Of a stretch of 64,000 nt of DNA, positions 10,917 through 20,770 are shown piece after piece. How positions within the stretch are numbered: position 1 is the stretch's first letter; every line of letters starts with the position of its first letter. Position numbers and translations under genes: made by a program. The DNA is from Candidatus Marinacidobacterium sp. (GTDB lineage Bacteria; Acidobacteriota; Vicinamibacteria; Marinacidobacterales; Marinacidobacteraceae): the NCBI GenBank assembly GCA_965220965.1, contig OZ244852.1, positions 480,001 through 544,000 of the forward strand, in the 5' to 3' direction. The notes under the pieces are model-generated. The model did no database searches and had not been told where the DNA came from. It worked only from the letters and a program-made list of their open reading frames with translations.

Positions 10917-11105
10917 TTACTCCTTGGCGAGGTCCATCGCGAAGAGGACGAAGGCTCCCAGGATGGCGAGGGGAATCACCAGGAGCCATGCCTTGACGGC
11001 GACTTCGATGACGGGAACGACAGAGATGATCTCGTCGAATATGGCCCAGGCTGTCTTGATGTCTTCCCATGAGGGGGGCGTCGTGGCGGAGAGAAGTGAT
11101 GTCAT
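10917..11105 (-). CDS. Small 62-aa membrane protein, unknown function
   Basis: GGAGGA RBS before ATG 11105; hydrophobic segment AWLLVIPLAILGAFVLFAM. Confidence 0.55.
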   Translation of the reverse strand: MTSLLSATTPPSWEDIKTAWAIFDEIISVVPVIEVAVKAWLLVIPLAILGAFVLFAMDLAKE

Positions 11106-11142
11106 GTGCTGGTCCTCCAGTGTGGGTTGGGTAGCGTCGCTC

Positions 11143-12504
11143 TCAGGCTGCTGAGGCGTCCGAGGCGCGGTAGACGGCAAGCGACCGGACGGAGTCCGGG
11201 TCGGGGGATTCGTCGGGGTCGCCGACGTCTGCGGCGAGTTGTCGAACCGCCGTCGGTACGGGCTCCAGTTGGGGAAGATCCGACCCGGCCTTCTGCATTT
11301 CCTCGAGCCGGCGAGCGGTTGGGAGAAGGCGATGCTCGAACGACCCCACGCTGGCGTTGTACCGCTTCACCGCAGTGTGGAGCGATGAACCCAGGTCGCG
11401 GAGATGTCCGGTGAACTTCCGGACGCGCTCCACGAGCTCGCGGCCGAGGGTGGCGAGCTCCTTCATGTCGTCCGCGAGGCTTTGCTGTCGCCATCCCCAC
11501 GCCACCGCCTTCGCCAGCGCGATGAACGTCATGGGCGTCGCGATCAGGACCTGACGCTCGGCGGCGTACTCGAAGAGTTCCGCGTCGACCTCCAGCGCCC
11601 CGGCGAAGAGTGCTTCGCCTGGCAGGAACATGACGACGAAGTCGGGCGAGGTGCTGAGCGCGTTCCAGTACTCCTTCGAGGACAGCGCCTCCACATGGGT
11701 GCGGAGCTGGCGGGCGTGCCGGGTCAGCGCGGCCCGCCGCGCCGCCTCGCTCTCGGCCTCCGCGCCCGCGAGATAGGCCTCGAGGGGCGTCTTCGCGTCC
11801 ACCACCACGGACCGCTCGCCCGGCAGCCGCACGACGGCGTCCGGCCGCAGCGCCCCGTCCGGGTTGCGGAGCCCGGGCTGCTCCTCGAAGTCCACGTTCT
11901 CGAGCATCCCGGCCATTTCCAGCACCCGGCGCAACTGGACCTCGCCCCATCGCCCCCGGGTCTGCGGCCGGCGAAGCGCCTTGACCAGGCGTCCGGTCTC
12001 GTTCTCGAGTCTCCTCTGGCTCGCCGCCAGGTTCTTCACCTGCTCGCTGACCGTTCCGTAGGCCCCCTCGCGCTTCGACTCCAGCTCCTGAACGCTCTTC
12101 TCGAACTTGCCCAGGGCTTTCCCCAGTGGGTCCACGACGGCCTCGAGCTTCCTGTGGCGCGCCTTCATCTCCTCGCTGGCGGCGGTCTGGTGTCTCTGGA
12201 AGCGCTCGCTCACCAGCTTCAGGAAGTCCTCCCCGCTCTGCCGGAGCGCCTCGCTCGAGAGCGCGGCGAACTTCGTCTCGACCTCTTCGCCGAGCGCCCG
12301 CAGACCAGCGACCTCGGAGCTGTGGAGCCGTCGCTCGGATTCGAGCGAGGCCTTCGCGGCGGCGGCCTCCTCCCGGGCGGTTTCGAGGCGCTCCCTGAGT
12401 GGCGTCAGGCGCCGGTTCGATGCGATTGCGGCGAGGAGGGCGCCGGCGGCGAGCCCCAGCAGCAGCGCTCCCGCGATCAGGCTGATTGACATCGTCGTAT
12501 CCAT
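11143..12504 (-). CDS. rmuC: DNA recombination protein RmuC
   Basis: N-terminal TM plus coiled coil, RGRWGEVQL, RPDAVVRLPG..VVDAKTPL, PDFVVMFLPGE. Confidence 0.93.
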   Translation of the reverse strand: MDTTMSISLIAGALLLGLAAGALLAAIASNRRLTPLRERLETAREEAAAAKASLESERRLHSSEVAGLRALGEEVETKFAALSSEALRQSGEDFLKLVSERFQRHQTAASEEMKARHRKLEAVVDPLGKALGKFEKSVQELESKREGAYGTVSEQVKNLAASQRRLENETGRLVKALRRPQTRGRWGEVQLRRVLEMAGMLENVDFEEQPGLRNPDGALRPDAVVRLPGERSVVVDAKTPLEAYLAGAEAESEAARRAALTRHARQLRTHVEALSSKEYWNALSTSPDFVVMFLPGEALFAGALEVDAELFEYAAERQVLIATPMTFIALAKAVAWGWRQQSLADDMKELATLGRELVERVRKFTGHLRDLGSSLHTAVKRYNASVGSFEHRLLPTARRLEEMQKAGSDLPQLEPVPTAVRQLAADVGDPDESPDPDSVRSLAVYRASDASAA

Positions 12505-12726
12505 GCCCGAGAGGTTAGGGGGTGGCCGGGTCAGAACATGTCACCCCCGCGAGCGACTCTCCCGCGGACCTCCCGGCCGGGGTCCGCTCCCGCCGTTACA
12601 CTTCGCCGCGTTCGTCCCGCCGGCGCCGGGGGGCGAGCTCCCGACCGTGCGTTCACCGGCGCCCGGGTCTTCGTTCCCGACCAGCGCCGGAGACCGCCGC
12701 ATCTTGTTGCGTAAGGAGAGCCCGGA

Positions 12727-15003
12727 TTGATCCGCAAACAGGACGCCCTCGAGTACCACCGGAAAGGCCGCCCGGGCAAGATCGAGGTCCACCCCTCGAA
12801 GCCCACCCGGACCCAGCGCGACCTCTCGCTCGCCTACAGCCCGGGAGTCGCCGAGCCGTGCCGGGACATCCACGAGCGCCCGGAAGACGTCTTCGAGTAC
12901 ACCGCCAAGGGGAACCTGGTCGCCGTGGTCTCGAACGGGACGGCGGTCCTCGGGCTCGGGAACATCGGACCGCTGGCGGCCAAGCCGGTCATGGAAGGGA
13001 AGGGGGTGCTGTTCAAGCGCTTCGCCGACATCGATGTGTTCGACATCGAGCTGAACGTCACCGAGCCCGACGAGGTCGTGCGGGTCGTGAAGGCGCTCGA
13101 GCCCACCTTCGGGGGCATCAACCTCGAGGACATCAAGGCGCCCGACTGCTTCCACATCGAGAGCCGTCTGCGCGAGGAGATGGAGATCCCCGTCTTTCAC
13201 GATGACCAGCACGGCACCGCGATCATCTCGGGAGCGGCGTTCCTGAGCTGGCTCGAGCTCACCGGGAAGGACCCGGCGGAGGTCGTCATCGTCATCAACG
13301 GGGCCGGCGCCGCCGGGATCGCCTGCGCCGAGCTGGCGGAGAGCCTGGGAGTCCGGCACGAGCACATCGTGATGTGCGACTCGCGGGGCGTGATCCACCA
13401 GGGCCGCTCCTCGGGCATGAACGAGTTCAAGGAGCGCTACGCGCTCGACACCTCGGCGCGCACCCTCGAGGACGCCATGCGGGGCGCGGATGTCTTCATG
13501 GGCCTTTCGGTCGCCGGCGCGGTGTCGAAGGAGATGGTCGTCTCGATGCGCGAGCAGCCGCTCGTGATGGCGATGGCCAACCCCGATCCCGAGATCACCT
13601 GGGAGGACGCCAACGAGGCCCGTTCCGATGTCTTCATGGCGACCGGACGATCCGACTACCCGAACCAGGTGAACAACGTCCTCGGTTTCCCCTTCATCTT
13701 CCGCGGCGCGCTCGATGTGCGGGCGCGCTCGATCAACATGGAGATGAAGCTGGCCGCGGCCCGGGCGCTGGCGGCGCTGACCCGGGAGGACGTCCCGGAC
13801 TCGGTCATGCAGGCCCACGGCAAGGAACGCATGCAGTTCGGCCCGGAGTACCTCATCCCGTCCCCGTTCGACACCCGGGTTCTGCTCTGGGAGGCGCCCG
13901 CCGTCGCCCGCGCCGCGGTGGACAGCGGCGTGGCGCGCATCGGGCTGGACGAAGAGGAGTACGTGGCCCGCCTCGAGGCCCGCCTCGGACTCGAGCGCGA
14001 GGTCATGCGCAAGATGGTCAGCCGCGCCCGCAAGGTGAAGCGCTCGGTCGTCTTTCCCGAGGGGGAGGAGCCGAAGATCCTGCGCGCCGCCCAGCGCCTG
14101 ATCGACGAGAACATCGCCCGTCCCATCCTGATCGGCGATCCGGAGGCCATCCGCGAGCGCTGCGAGGCCCTCGACGTGGACATCGGCGACACCGCGATCG
14201 TCGCCGCCGGCGACAGCGCCCCCCGCGCCGATGTCTACGCGAAGGAACTGGCGGCGCTGCGGCAGCGGCGGGGCGTGGGCGTCCAGAAGGCCCGGGAGCT
14301 CCTGCGCAATCCGAGCTACTTCGGCGCGATGATGGTCCACCTCGGCGACGCCGACGCGATGGTGGCGGGGATCACCCAGAACTACCCGGAGACGATCCGT
14401 CCCGCGCTCCAGATCGTTCGCACCCGACCCGATGTGCGCCGGGTGGCGGGCGTCTACCTGATGGTGCTTCCGAACGAGCTCAAGTTCTTCGCCGACGCCA
14501 CGGTGAACATCGATCCGGACGCCGACACCCTCGCCGAAATCGCGATCCAGGCCGCCGAAGTGGCGCGCCGGTTCGACGTCGAGCCCCGGGTCGCGATGCT
14601 CTCCTTCTCGAACTTCGGCAGCGCTCCCCACCCCCGCTCGAACAAGGTGCGGGCCGCCGTCGAGATCCTCCGGGAGCGTGCGCCGGACCTCGTCGTCGAC
14701 GGCGAAATGCAGGCCGACACCGCCGTCGTCGAGGACATCCTGAACAAGACCTACCCGTTCTCGCGGCTCGACCGCGCGGCGAACGTGCTCGTCTTCCCCA
14801 GCCTCGAGGCCGGCAACGTGGCCTACAAGCTCATGCAGCGGCTCGGGGGCGCGGAGGCCATCGGACCGCTCGTCACCGGCCTGCGCCGGCCGGTCCATGT
14901 GCTCCAGCGGAACGCCGGCGTCGAGGAGATCGTGAACGTGGTCGCGATCGCCGCCGTCGAGGCGCAGCACAACCCCGGGGCCAAGCCGCTGTTCCCCGCC
15001 TGA
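12727..15003 (+). CDS. maeB: NADP-dependent malic enzyme with phosphotransacetylase-like domain
   Basis: [48 protein letters not shown], then VFPEGEE and DGEMQAD. Confidence 0.96.
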   Translation: MIRKQDALEYHRKGRPGKIEVHPSKPTRTQRDLSLAYSPGVAEPCRDIHERPEDVFEYTAKGNLVAVVSNGTAVLGLGNIGPLAAKPVMEGKGVLFKRFADIDVFDIELNVTEPDEVVRVVKALEPTFGGINLEDIKAPDCFHIESRLREEMEIPVFHDDQHGTAIISGAAFLSWLELTGKDPAEVVIVINGAGAAGIACAELAESLGVRHEHIVMCDSRGVIHQGRSSGMNEFKERYALDTSARTLEDAMRGADVFMGLSVAGAVSKEMVVSMREQPLVMAMANPDPEITWEDANEARSDVFMATGRSDYPNQVNNVLGFPFIFRGALDVRARSINMEMKLAAARALAALTREDVPDSVMQAHGKERMQFGPEYLIPSPFDTRVLLWEAPAVARAAVDSGVARIGLDEEEYVARLEARLGLEREVMRKMVSRARKVKRSVVFPEGEEPKILRAAQRLIDENIARPILIGDPEAIRERCEALDVDIGDTAIVAAGDSAPRADVYAKELAALRQRRGVGVQKARELLRNPSYFGAMMVHLGDADAMVAGITQNYPETIRPALQIVRTRPDVRRVAGVYLMVLPNELKFFADATVNIDPDADTLAEIAIQAAEVARRFDVEPRVAMLSFSNFGSAPHPRSNKVRAAVEILRERAPDLVVDGEMQADTAVVEDILNKTYPFSRLDRAANVLVFPSLEAGNVAYKLMQRLGGAEAIGPLVTGLRRPVHVLQRNAGVEEIVNVVAIAAVEAQHNPGAKPLFPA

Positions 15004-15031
15004 TCCGTCACCCGGACGGACGAGGCATCCG

Positions 15032-16441
15032 TCAGTCCTCCGGATTGCGCGCGGGTTTCGCGCTCTCGTTCGGCCCTGGACGGATGCTGCCGAGAGTGAA
15101 CATCCCGACGGGACCCTCGACCAGCGGATCGAGTCCCGTCGCCTTCGCGAAGACTCTCGGGTCGCTCGTCCCGACCGCGCACGGGGCGAGGCCGAGGGCG
15201 GTCGCGGCCAGATAGAGCGTCTGGTAGAGGACGCCGGCGTCCCGCAGGATCAGCCCGTAGCCGATCGAGTGGTACCGGCGCATCATCCGGGCGAAGCGGG
15301 CCGCCACCACCAGCACGACCTGGGGGGGCGCCCGGACCCCGAGCGAGGCGCTGGCCAGCTCGATGAGCTGTCGTGATTCCGGGGTGGGTCCGGCGATCCG
15401 GCCCAGCTCGTGCCGCGTCGCATCGTAGTGATAGAGGCCGGCGTCGAGGCCCCGGCAGGTGCGGATGACCGGATAGATCTCGAGCTCGTAGCGGGCGCCC
15501 GCGCCCGGATACGGTGGCCCCTCGGTCGGTCCGGTTCGGGGCGCCCGAGCCCGGTCACCGCCCGCCGGGAAGGAGCGGGGCCGCACCCTCGCCGCCAGAT
15601 CGAGCAGCCGACCCAGGTCTTCCGCGGTCATCGGTCGCTCATCCGCCCACTCGCGGAGCGAGCGGCGGCGCGCCATCAGCGCGCCGAGCGCGTCCGGACC
15701 GGAAGCCCCCCCTCCGGTGGCGAGCGGGATCCCCGGGCCCGTCCCGGGCCCCCGGGGCGTCGAGGCCGGCGACGGGGCATCGAGGTTCGGCGGTTTCTTG
15801 CCGACGGGATCGTGGGTCCAGCCGATGCTCTGATGGAAGTGGAAGTGGAGGTCGTGGAAGTCCCAGTCGGCGAGCGCTTCCGCCGGATGCGTTCCGGGCG
15901 CCGCCTCCAGGAAACCCGCCGCGTCGAGGGCCCTTCGCACGACCGGCGATTCCAGCGCCCGAAGGTCGGGGAGCGCGAATCGCGCGCCGACCAGCGGTGA
16001 TTCGAGGAGCCAGCCTCCTTCGCCTCGCGGCCGCAGGCAGGCCATCCGGTGCAGGCCCCGCTCCGGATCCGGTTCGCGGGCCGCCAGCGCCGGAACGAAC
16101 TCCCTCCACTGCGGCGACACGACAGCGCGTTCGGCGTCCCCGTCCATGAGCGGGAACTCGATGGCGCCGAGCCGCGTCAGCCGCTGCAGCGTGAGCAGGA
16201 CTTCCACGGCGCGCTCGACGCCGCCCGCGCCGATGGCGTGATCCCTGAGTTCCGCCAGCGAGGCGCCCGCGCTCAACCGGGCGGCCACCAGCCGGAACGC
16301 GTCCGGCGTCTTCAGGCGGCCGACGGTCCGTCCCTTCGGCCGCAGTTCGACGGCGTCCCGGTCTCCGGTTTCGCCGAGGTCGACCTCCCGCGAAAGCCGA
16401 AGATGGATCGCCGGCTCGTTCGTCAGATCAGGGAACGACAT
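15032..16441 (-). CDS. SagB/ThcOx-family FMN-dependent azoline dehydrogenase with N-terminal extension
   Basis: RRRSLR, YPGAGARYELEIYP, GLYHYD, DAGVLYQTLYLAATALGLAPCAVG; AAGGAG RBS before ATG 16441. Confidence 0.9.
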   Translation of the reverse strand: MSFPDLTNEPAIHLRLSREVDLGETGDRDAVELRPKGRTVGRLKTPDAFRLVAARLSAGASLAELRDHAIGAGGVERAVEVLLTLQRLTRLGAIEFPLMDGDAERAVVSPQWREFVPALAAREPDPERGLHRMACLRPRGEGGWLLESPLVGARFALPDLRALESPVVRRALDAAGFLEAAPGTHPAEALADWDFHDLHFHFHQSIGWTHDPVGKKPPNLDAPSPASTPRGPGTGPGIPLATGGGASGPDALGALMARRRSLREWADERPMTAEDLGRLLDLAARVRPRSFPAGGDRARAPRTGPTEGPPYPGAGARYELEIYPVIRTCRGLDAGLYHYDATRHELGRIAGPTPESRQLIELASASLGVRAPPQVVLVVAARFARMMRRYHSIGYGLILRDAGVLYQTLYLAATALGLAPCAVGTSDPRVFAKATGLDPLVEGPVGMFTLGSIRPGPNESAKPARNPED

Positions 16442-16497
16442 GGCTGAGGCGCTCCTTTGAGGAGCGCCGGAAAGAGGCGAGACCGCCACCGCGCGAA

Positions 16498-16506
16498 TGG
16501 TACGAT
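16498..16506 (+). promoter_or_regulatory. Putative extended -10 element for the leader-only gene and ycaO
   Basis: TGGTACGAT (TGn-TAnnnT) about 24 nt before GTG 16530, in the divergent intergenic gap. Confidence 0.45.
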
Positions 16507-16529
16507 CGGCGTCGCCTGCGGAGGGCGGA

Positions 16530-16754
16530 GTGAACCAGAAGGAAGGCGGCCCGGATGACGGCCGGTATGTGGATCTGGTCGCCCGCTACTACGGCGATCC
16601 GGAGTTCCGCGCCCGGATGGACCGGGACCCGGCGGCCGTGATGAAGGCCGAGGGATTCGATGTCCCGGAGGACGCCACGATCCGGCTGCTGTTCGATCGG
16701 GCGGATCTCATGAACATCGTGCTGCCCGCCCCCGGTCCGGATCCTCCGAAGTGA
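16530..16754 (+). CDS. Stand-alone NHLP leader-like peptide with no GG site and no core
   Basis: LVARYYGDPEFRARMDRDPAAVMKAEGFDVPEDATIRLL..NIVLP matches the nitrile-hydratase-like leader pattern; stop overlaps the ycaO start (GTGA). Alternative start ATG 16497. Confidence 0.8.
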   Translation: MNQKEGGPDDGRYVDLVARYYGDPEFRARMDRDPAAVMKAEGFDVPEDATIRLLFDRADLMNIVLPAPGPDPPK

Positions 16755-19081
16755 ACGCGGCTCCGGGCTTCCCGGAGGCGCCGGCCGCGGACATCGCGCC
16801 CGAGGTTGATCCGGCCCTCGGCGTCCGGCGCTTCGCTCCCGAGGACCGGGGCCTCGTCGAACGGCCGGTGCTGGCGCCCCATCTGCGTTACCGCGTCGTC
16901 GCCGACGGGAAGATCGTCATCGCCTCGGACCGGACCGGCGCTGTGCTCGAGGGGCGCTGTCTTCCCGACCTGATGCCGCTGCTCGACGGCGAGCGGACGC
17001 GACACGCGATCCTGGCGGAGCTCGCCGGGCGCCACGAGGCGCTGGAGGTGCAGACCGCGCTGGTCCGGCTGGCCGCCGACGGCTACGTCGTCTCGGCGGA
17101 ATTCGGGCTGGACCGTCCGCTCGCCGCCTTCTGGAGCGGCCTGGGCGCCTCGCCCCGGTTCGCCGAAGCGCGTCTCGCCGCGACCCCGGTCCGGGTGAGG
17201 GGTGATGACGGGCGCCTTCGGGCCCGGCTCCGCGACTTCGGCGTCCAGTCCGGGGCCGGACCCGGGAGTCTCGAGGTCGCGCTCACCGCCGGCTACGCCC
17301 GGGGTGGAGGCGACGCCTCAGCCCGGTCGGTTCGCGGCGCCGGCGCCTGGACGCTGGTTCAGACTTCCGGTTCGGCCCCGGTCTTCGGGCCGGTCTTCGG
17401 ACCGGAGGGCGGCGGCGCGTGCTGGACCTGCATCGCCCGGCGCATGGAGGGCGCCCGAGGGTTCGAGTCCTTCCTGCGACGCACCCGGAACGGGGACCCG
17501 GGCGTTCGGGAAGGGCGTCCGGGACCGGCGGTCGTCCACGGCATGGCCGCCCTCGAGATCGCCCGCTGGATCGTTCTCCGAAAAGGGGCGCCGCTTCACG
17601 ACCACCTCTTTTCCTTCGACGTCGCCACATCCGGCCTGCGCACGCACGGCGCGCCCCGGCGCCCCCAGTGCGCCGAGTGCGGCCCGGCCGACGCCGCCGA
17701 CGCGTTCCGGGCCGATCGCCCGCCCGAGCCCCTCCGCCTCGAGTCGAGTCCCAAGGCGCTGACCAACAGCGGTGGGACGCGCACCGCGGCGCCGGAAGAC
17801 ACGGTGCGGCGATATCGGCATCTGGTCGATCCGGTCGTCGGCGTGGTGAAGGAGCTCTCGAGGGTCAGCGCCTCCGGCGATTCGTGGCGCCACGTGTACC
17901 TCGCGAGCCAGGCGGCCGTCGAAGGGCCATCCGACCTCCGGGGGCTCCGCACCGCGCGGCGGGGCCGCAGCTCGGGCAAGGGCGGCGCCCCGGAGCAGGC
18001 GGAGGCCAGCGCGCTCTGCGAGGCGCTCGAGCGCTACTCGGGGACGCTCCAGGGGGGCGAGATCCGCCAGCGGCGCCGCTTCACCGACTTCCAGGCCGGC
18101 GAAGCCATCGCGCCCAACGACGTGCAGCTCTTCAGCCAGGCCCAGCTCGAAGCGGCGCCCGGCGACTATCCGGTCCCCACCGTCATCCCGCCCGCGCCGT
18201 TCGAGCCGGACGCGGCCATCGACTGGACTCCGGTCTGGTCCCTGACCGCGCGCCGGCATCGTTATCTGCCAACCGCTCTCCTCTACTTCATGCCCGTCGT
18301 TCCGGGAGCGCCCAACCAGTTCGTCGCCGACTCGAACGGGTGCGCGGCCGGCAACACGCGGGAGGAGGCGATTCTCCAGGGCTTCTTCGAGCTGGTCGAG
18401 CGCGACGCCTTCGCCTGCTGGTGGTACAATCGGATCCCGATGCCGGCCGTGGACCTGGCCAGCTTCGGGCGGGACTACCTGGCGCGGGCGCCCGCCGAGT
18501 ACGCGAAGGACGGCCGCGAGATGTGGCTGCTCGACATCACCCACGACTTCGGGATCCCCGTCTTTGTCGCGGTCTCGCGCCGCGCCTCCGGGCCTGCGGA
18601 ACAGATCCTCTTCGGGGCGGGCGCCCACCTCGATCCGGTCGTGGCGGCGATGCGCGCCGTGTGCGAAATGAACCAGATGCTCGTCCGGCTGGGACCGGAC
18701 CTTCCGGTGTCGGGGCATGACCACGATGGGCCCCGGCTGGAGTGGCTGCGCACCGCGACCACCGCCGCGCACCCCTACGTGGCGCCGGCCCCGGACGAGC
18801 CGGCGCGGTCAGCGGGTGGCGAGGCGCCGCGGACCAGCGATCACCGCGAGGACATCCGGTCGTGCCGCCGGATCGTCGAGGAGCGCGGGATGGAACTGCT
18901 CGTCCTCGACCAGACCCGGCCCGATGTCGGGCTGCCGGTGGTCCGGGTCATCGTCCCCGGGATGCGCCCCTGGTGGGCGCGGTTCGCGCCCGGCCGCCTC
19001 TACGACACGCCGGTGAGCCTGGGATGGCGCGTTCGCGCCGCCTCCGAGGCCGAACTCAACCCGCTGGAACCGATGTTCTGA
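16751..19081 (+). CDS. Fused RRE / E1-like / YcaO cyclodehydratase (TOMM C-D fusion)
   Basis: N-terminal RRE-like region, CWTC and CAEC, SSGKG, ALCEALERYS, SNGCAAGNTREEAILQGFFELVERDA, Pro-rich C-terminus NPLEPMF. Confidence 0.95.
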   Translation: MNAAPGFPEAPAADIAPEVDPALGVRRFAPEDRGLVERPVLAPHLRYRVVADGKIVIASDRTGAVLEGRCLPDLMPLLDGERTRHAILAELAGRHEALEVQTALVRLAADGYVVSAEFGLDRPLAAFWSGLGASPRFAEARLAATPVRVRGDDGRLRARLRDFGVQSGAGPGSLEVALTAGYARGGGDASARSVRGAGAWTLVQTSGSAPVFGPVFGPEGGGACWTCIARRMEGARGFESFLRRTRNGDPGVREGRPGPAVVHGMAALEIARWIVLRKGAPLHDHLFSFDVATSGLRTHGAPRRPQCAECGPADAADAFRADRPPEPLRLESSPKALTNSGGTRTAAPEDTVRRYRHLVDPVVGVVKELSRVSASGDSWRHVYLASQAAVEGPSDLRGLRTARRGRSSGKGGAPEQAEASALCEALERYSGTLQGGEIRQRRRFTDFQAGEAIAPNDVQLFSQAQLEAAPGDYPVPTVIPPAPFEPDAAIDWTPVWSLTARRHRYLPTALLYFMPVVPGAPNQFVADSNGCAAGNTREEAILQGFFELVERDAFACWWYNRIPMPAVDLASFGRDYLARAPAEYAKDGREMWLLDITHDFGIPVFVAVSRRASGPAEQILFGAGAHLDPVVAAMRAVCEMNQMLVRLGPDLPVSGHDHDGPRLEWLRTATTAAHPYVAPAPDEPARSAGGEAPRTSDHREDIRSCRRIVEERGMELLVLDQTRPDVGLPVVRVIVPGMRPWWARFAPGRLYDTPVSLGWRVRAASEAELNPLEPMF

Positions 19082-19129
19082 TCGCGACCGGTCGGATGCC
19101 CGGGCCGGTCGGAAGCCCTGGCGAGCGGA

Positions 19130-19399
19130 TCAGTAGACGCAGTTGCAACCGCAGTAGTTGCAGTTGCCCCCGGAGACCGAATCGAGTTGCTCCCCGGTCA
19201 ACCGGGGGGAGGGCGGCAGGATCAGGTGCCCCTGACTCGCCGTGTCCTCGTGCACCCGGATCTCGAATCCGTCGGGGATCGTGATCTCGAACTCCTCTTC
19301 GATCACGCTCTTCGGATCCTGAGTCAGGCGGGCGCGGAAGCCGGCGTCGGCTTCCGCCCTGGCGATCAGGTGGGCGCGCATCTCGTTCGCGGATTTCAT
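19130..19399 (-). CDS. NHLP-family RiPP precursor 1; core NCNYCGCNCVY
   Basis: 78-aa NHLP leader ending LDSVSGG, 11-aa core; GGAGGA RBS. Confidence 0.93.
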   Translation of the reverse strand: MKSANEMRAHLIARAEADAGFRARLTQDPKSVIEEEFEITIPDGFEIRVHEDTASQGHLILPPSPRLTGEQLDSVSGGNCNYCGCNCVY

Positions 19400-19468
19400 G
19401 GGGCGCAGTCCTCCGGTAGCGGAAACCTAACAGAACGCGAAGGCTCCAGGCGCGGTCCGGCGCCGGCC

Positions 19469-20347
19469 TCAGGCGCCCTGGAAGTCGGCGCGGGCATACG
19501 CCTTGGCCGCCACCCCTCCGCGCGGGTCGATGTTCGTCTTGAAGTGATGCAGGATGACGCGGAGGACTCGCATGCCCGCGCCGGTCAGCGTGAGTTGCGG
19601 GAGCAGCGGAGCTTTCAGTCTGCGCGCCTTGCCGGGGAGACACCAACCCTCGGCGACGAAGAAGTCGACGAGTCCGACCCAGGCGGCTGACGACTCGTCC
19701 GTCAGCGCGCGATGGGCGAAGAGTTCGATCCCCAGGCCGGGTGAGATCCGCCCATCCGTGACATCCACCATCAGGTTGCACTCCGGACTCAGCTCGCCGG
19801 TCAGGGCGGGGGGCGCCTGACGGGCGTCCAGCCGCGGCGGCAGCGCCCCGCTCCAGCCGATGCGCTCCAGGAACGCGGGGGCGTCGGCCCAGGGAACGCG
19901 CGCCGCCACCCGCATCGCGCGGGGCCGGCGCCCCGGCATGGCGCCGAGATGCGCAAGCAGCCCGGCGGGGGGCAGCGCCGCGACGATCCGGCTGACCAGC
20001 GCGCTCTCCCGTTCTTCCGGCGGCCAGCCGGCGGCGCGCGCGAGTTCGGGGACAAGGACGTCCACCCCGGCCCGGTCCGGCGGAAGGTGCAGGTTGGCGA
20101 GGAAGATGCCGGGCGCCCGCTCGGGCGCGGCGATGAGGTCGTACTCGAGGATGATCTCGGGCGCGAGCTGGCCGAGCGCGGATCCCGTCCGCTCCATTTC
20201 ACCCAGGAGTCCGGCGACGCCCGGCCAGCCGCTGTCCCGGGTGACCCACCCGGCGAAGGCGCTTCCGGGACGGACCCGCACAAACAGGTCCGCCGCCGGC
20301 GCCGGATCGGCGAGGCGGAACTCGAAGCCGAACGGATCCTCGGCCAC
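19469..20347 (-). CDS. Uncharacterised RiPP-associated enzyme, possibly ABBA-fold prenyltransferase-like (true start probably further upstream)
   Basis: FGFEFRL..D, ILEYD, LMVDV, GIELF, HHFK..AKAY. Lies between two precursors; the frame stays open to about 20480. Confidence 0.6.
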   Translation of the reverse strand: MAEDPFGFEFRLADPAPAADLFVRVRPGSAFAGWVTRDSGWPGVAGLLGEMERTGSALGQLAPEIILEYDLIAAPERAPGIFLANLHLPPDRAGVDVLVPELARAAGWPPEERESALVSRIVAALPPAGLLAHLGAMPGRRPRAMRVAARVPWADAPAFLERIGWSGALPPRLDARQAPPALTGELSPECNLMVDVTDGRISPGLGIELFAHRALTDESSAAWVGLVDFFVAEGWCLPGKARRLKAPLLPQLTLTGAGMRVLRVILHHFKTNIDPRGGVAAKAYARADFQGA

Positions 20348-20480
20348 GCAGGCGGGGAGCGCCGCCGCGGTCCGCAGCAGGACATCCCACGCCGCTGCGC
20401 CGATGAGTTCCGCGGGAATGACCGTTCGCGCGGTGGCCAGCGCCGGGGCGAAGCCCGCCGTTGGCCGGTCGGTTACCGCA

Positions 20481-20741
20481 TCAGTAATGGCAACTGCAGA
20501 CGTTCGTGCCTCCCGCCACCGAGTCGAGCTGATCCGAGCTCAGCCGGGGCGAGGGGGGCAGGACGAGGTGCCCCTCGGTCGCGGTGTCCTGGTGGACCCG
20601 GACCTCGAATCCGTCCGGGATCGTGATTTCGAACTCCTCTTCGATCACGGACTTCGGATCCTGCGCCAGGCGGGCGCGGAAGCCGGAGTCGGCCTGGGCC
20701 TTCGCGATCAGGTGGGCGCGCATCTCGTGAGCGGACTTCAT
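20481..20741 (-). CDS. NHLP-family RiPP precursor 2; core TNVCSCHY
   Basis: Last 86 aa of the spurious 1033-aa ORF: MKSAHEMRAHLIAKA..LDSVAGG-TNVCSCHY; GGAGGA RBS before ATG 20741. Confidence 0.93.
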   Translation of the reverse strand: MKSAHEMRAHLIAKAQADSGFRARLAQDPKSVIEEEFEITIPDGFEVRVHQDTATEGHLVLPPSPRLSSDQLDSVAGGTNVCSCHY

Positions 20742-20770
20742 GTGGCGGAATCCTCCCGAATCGGAAACTA

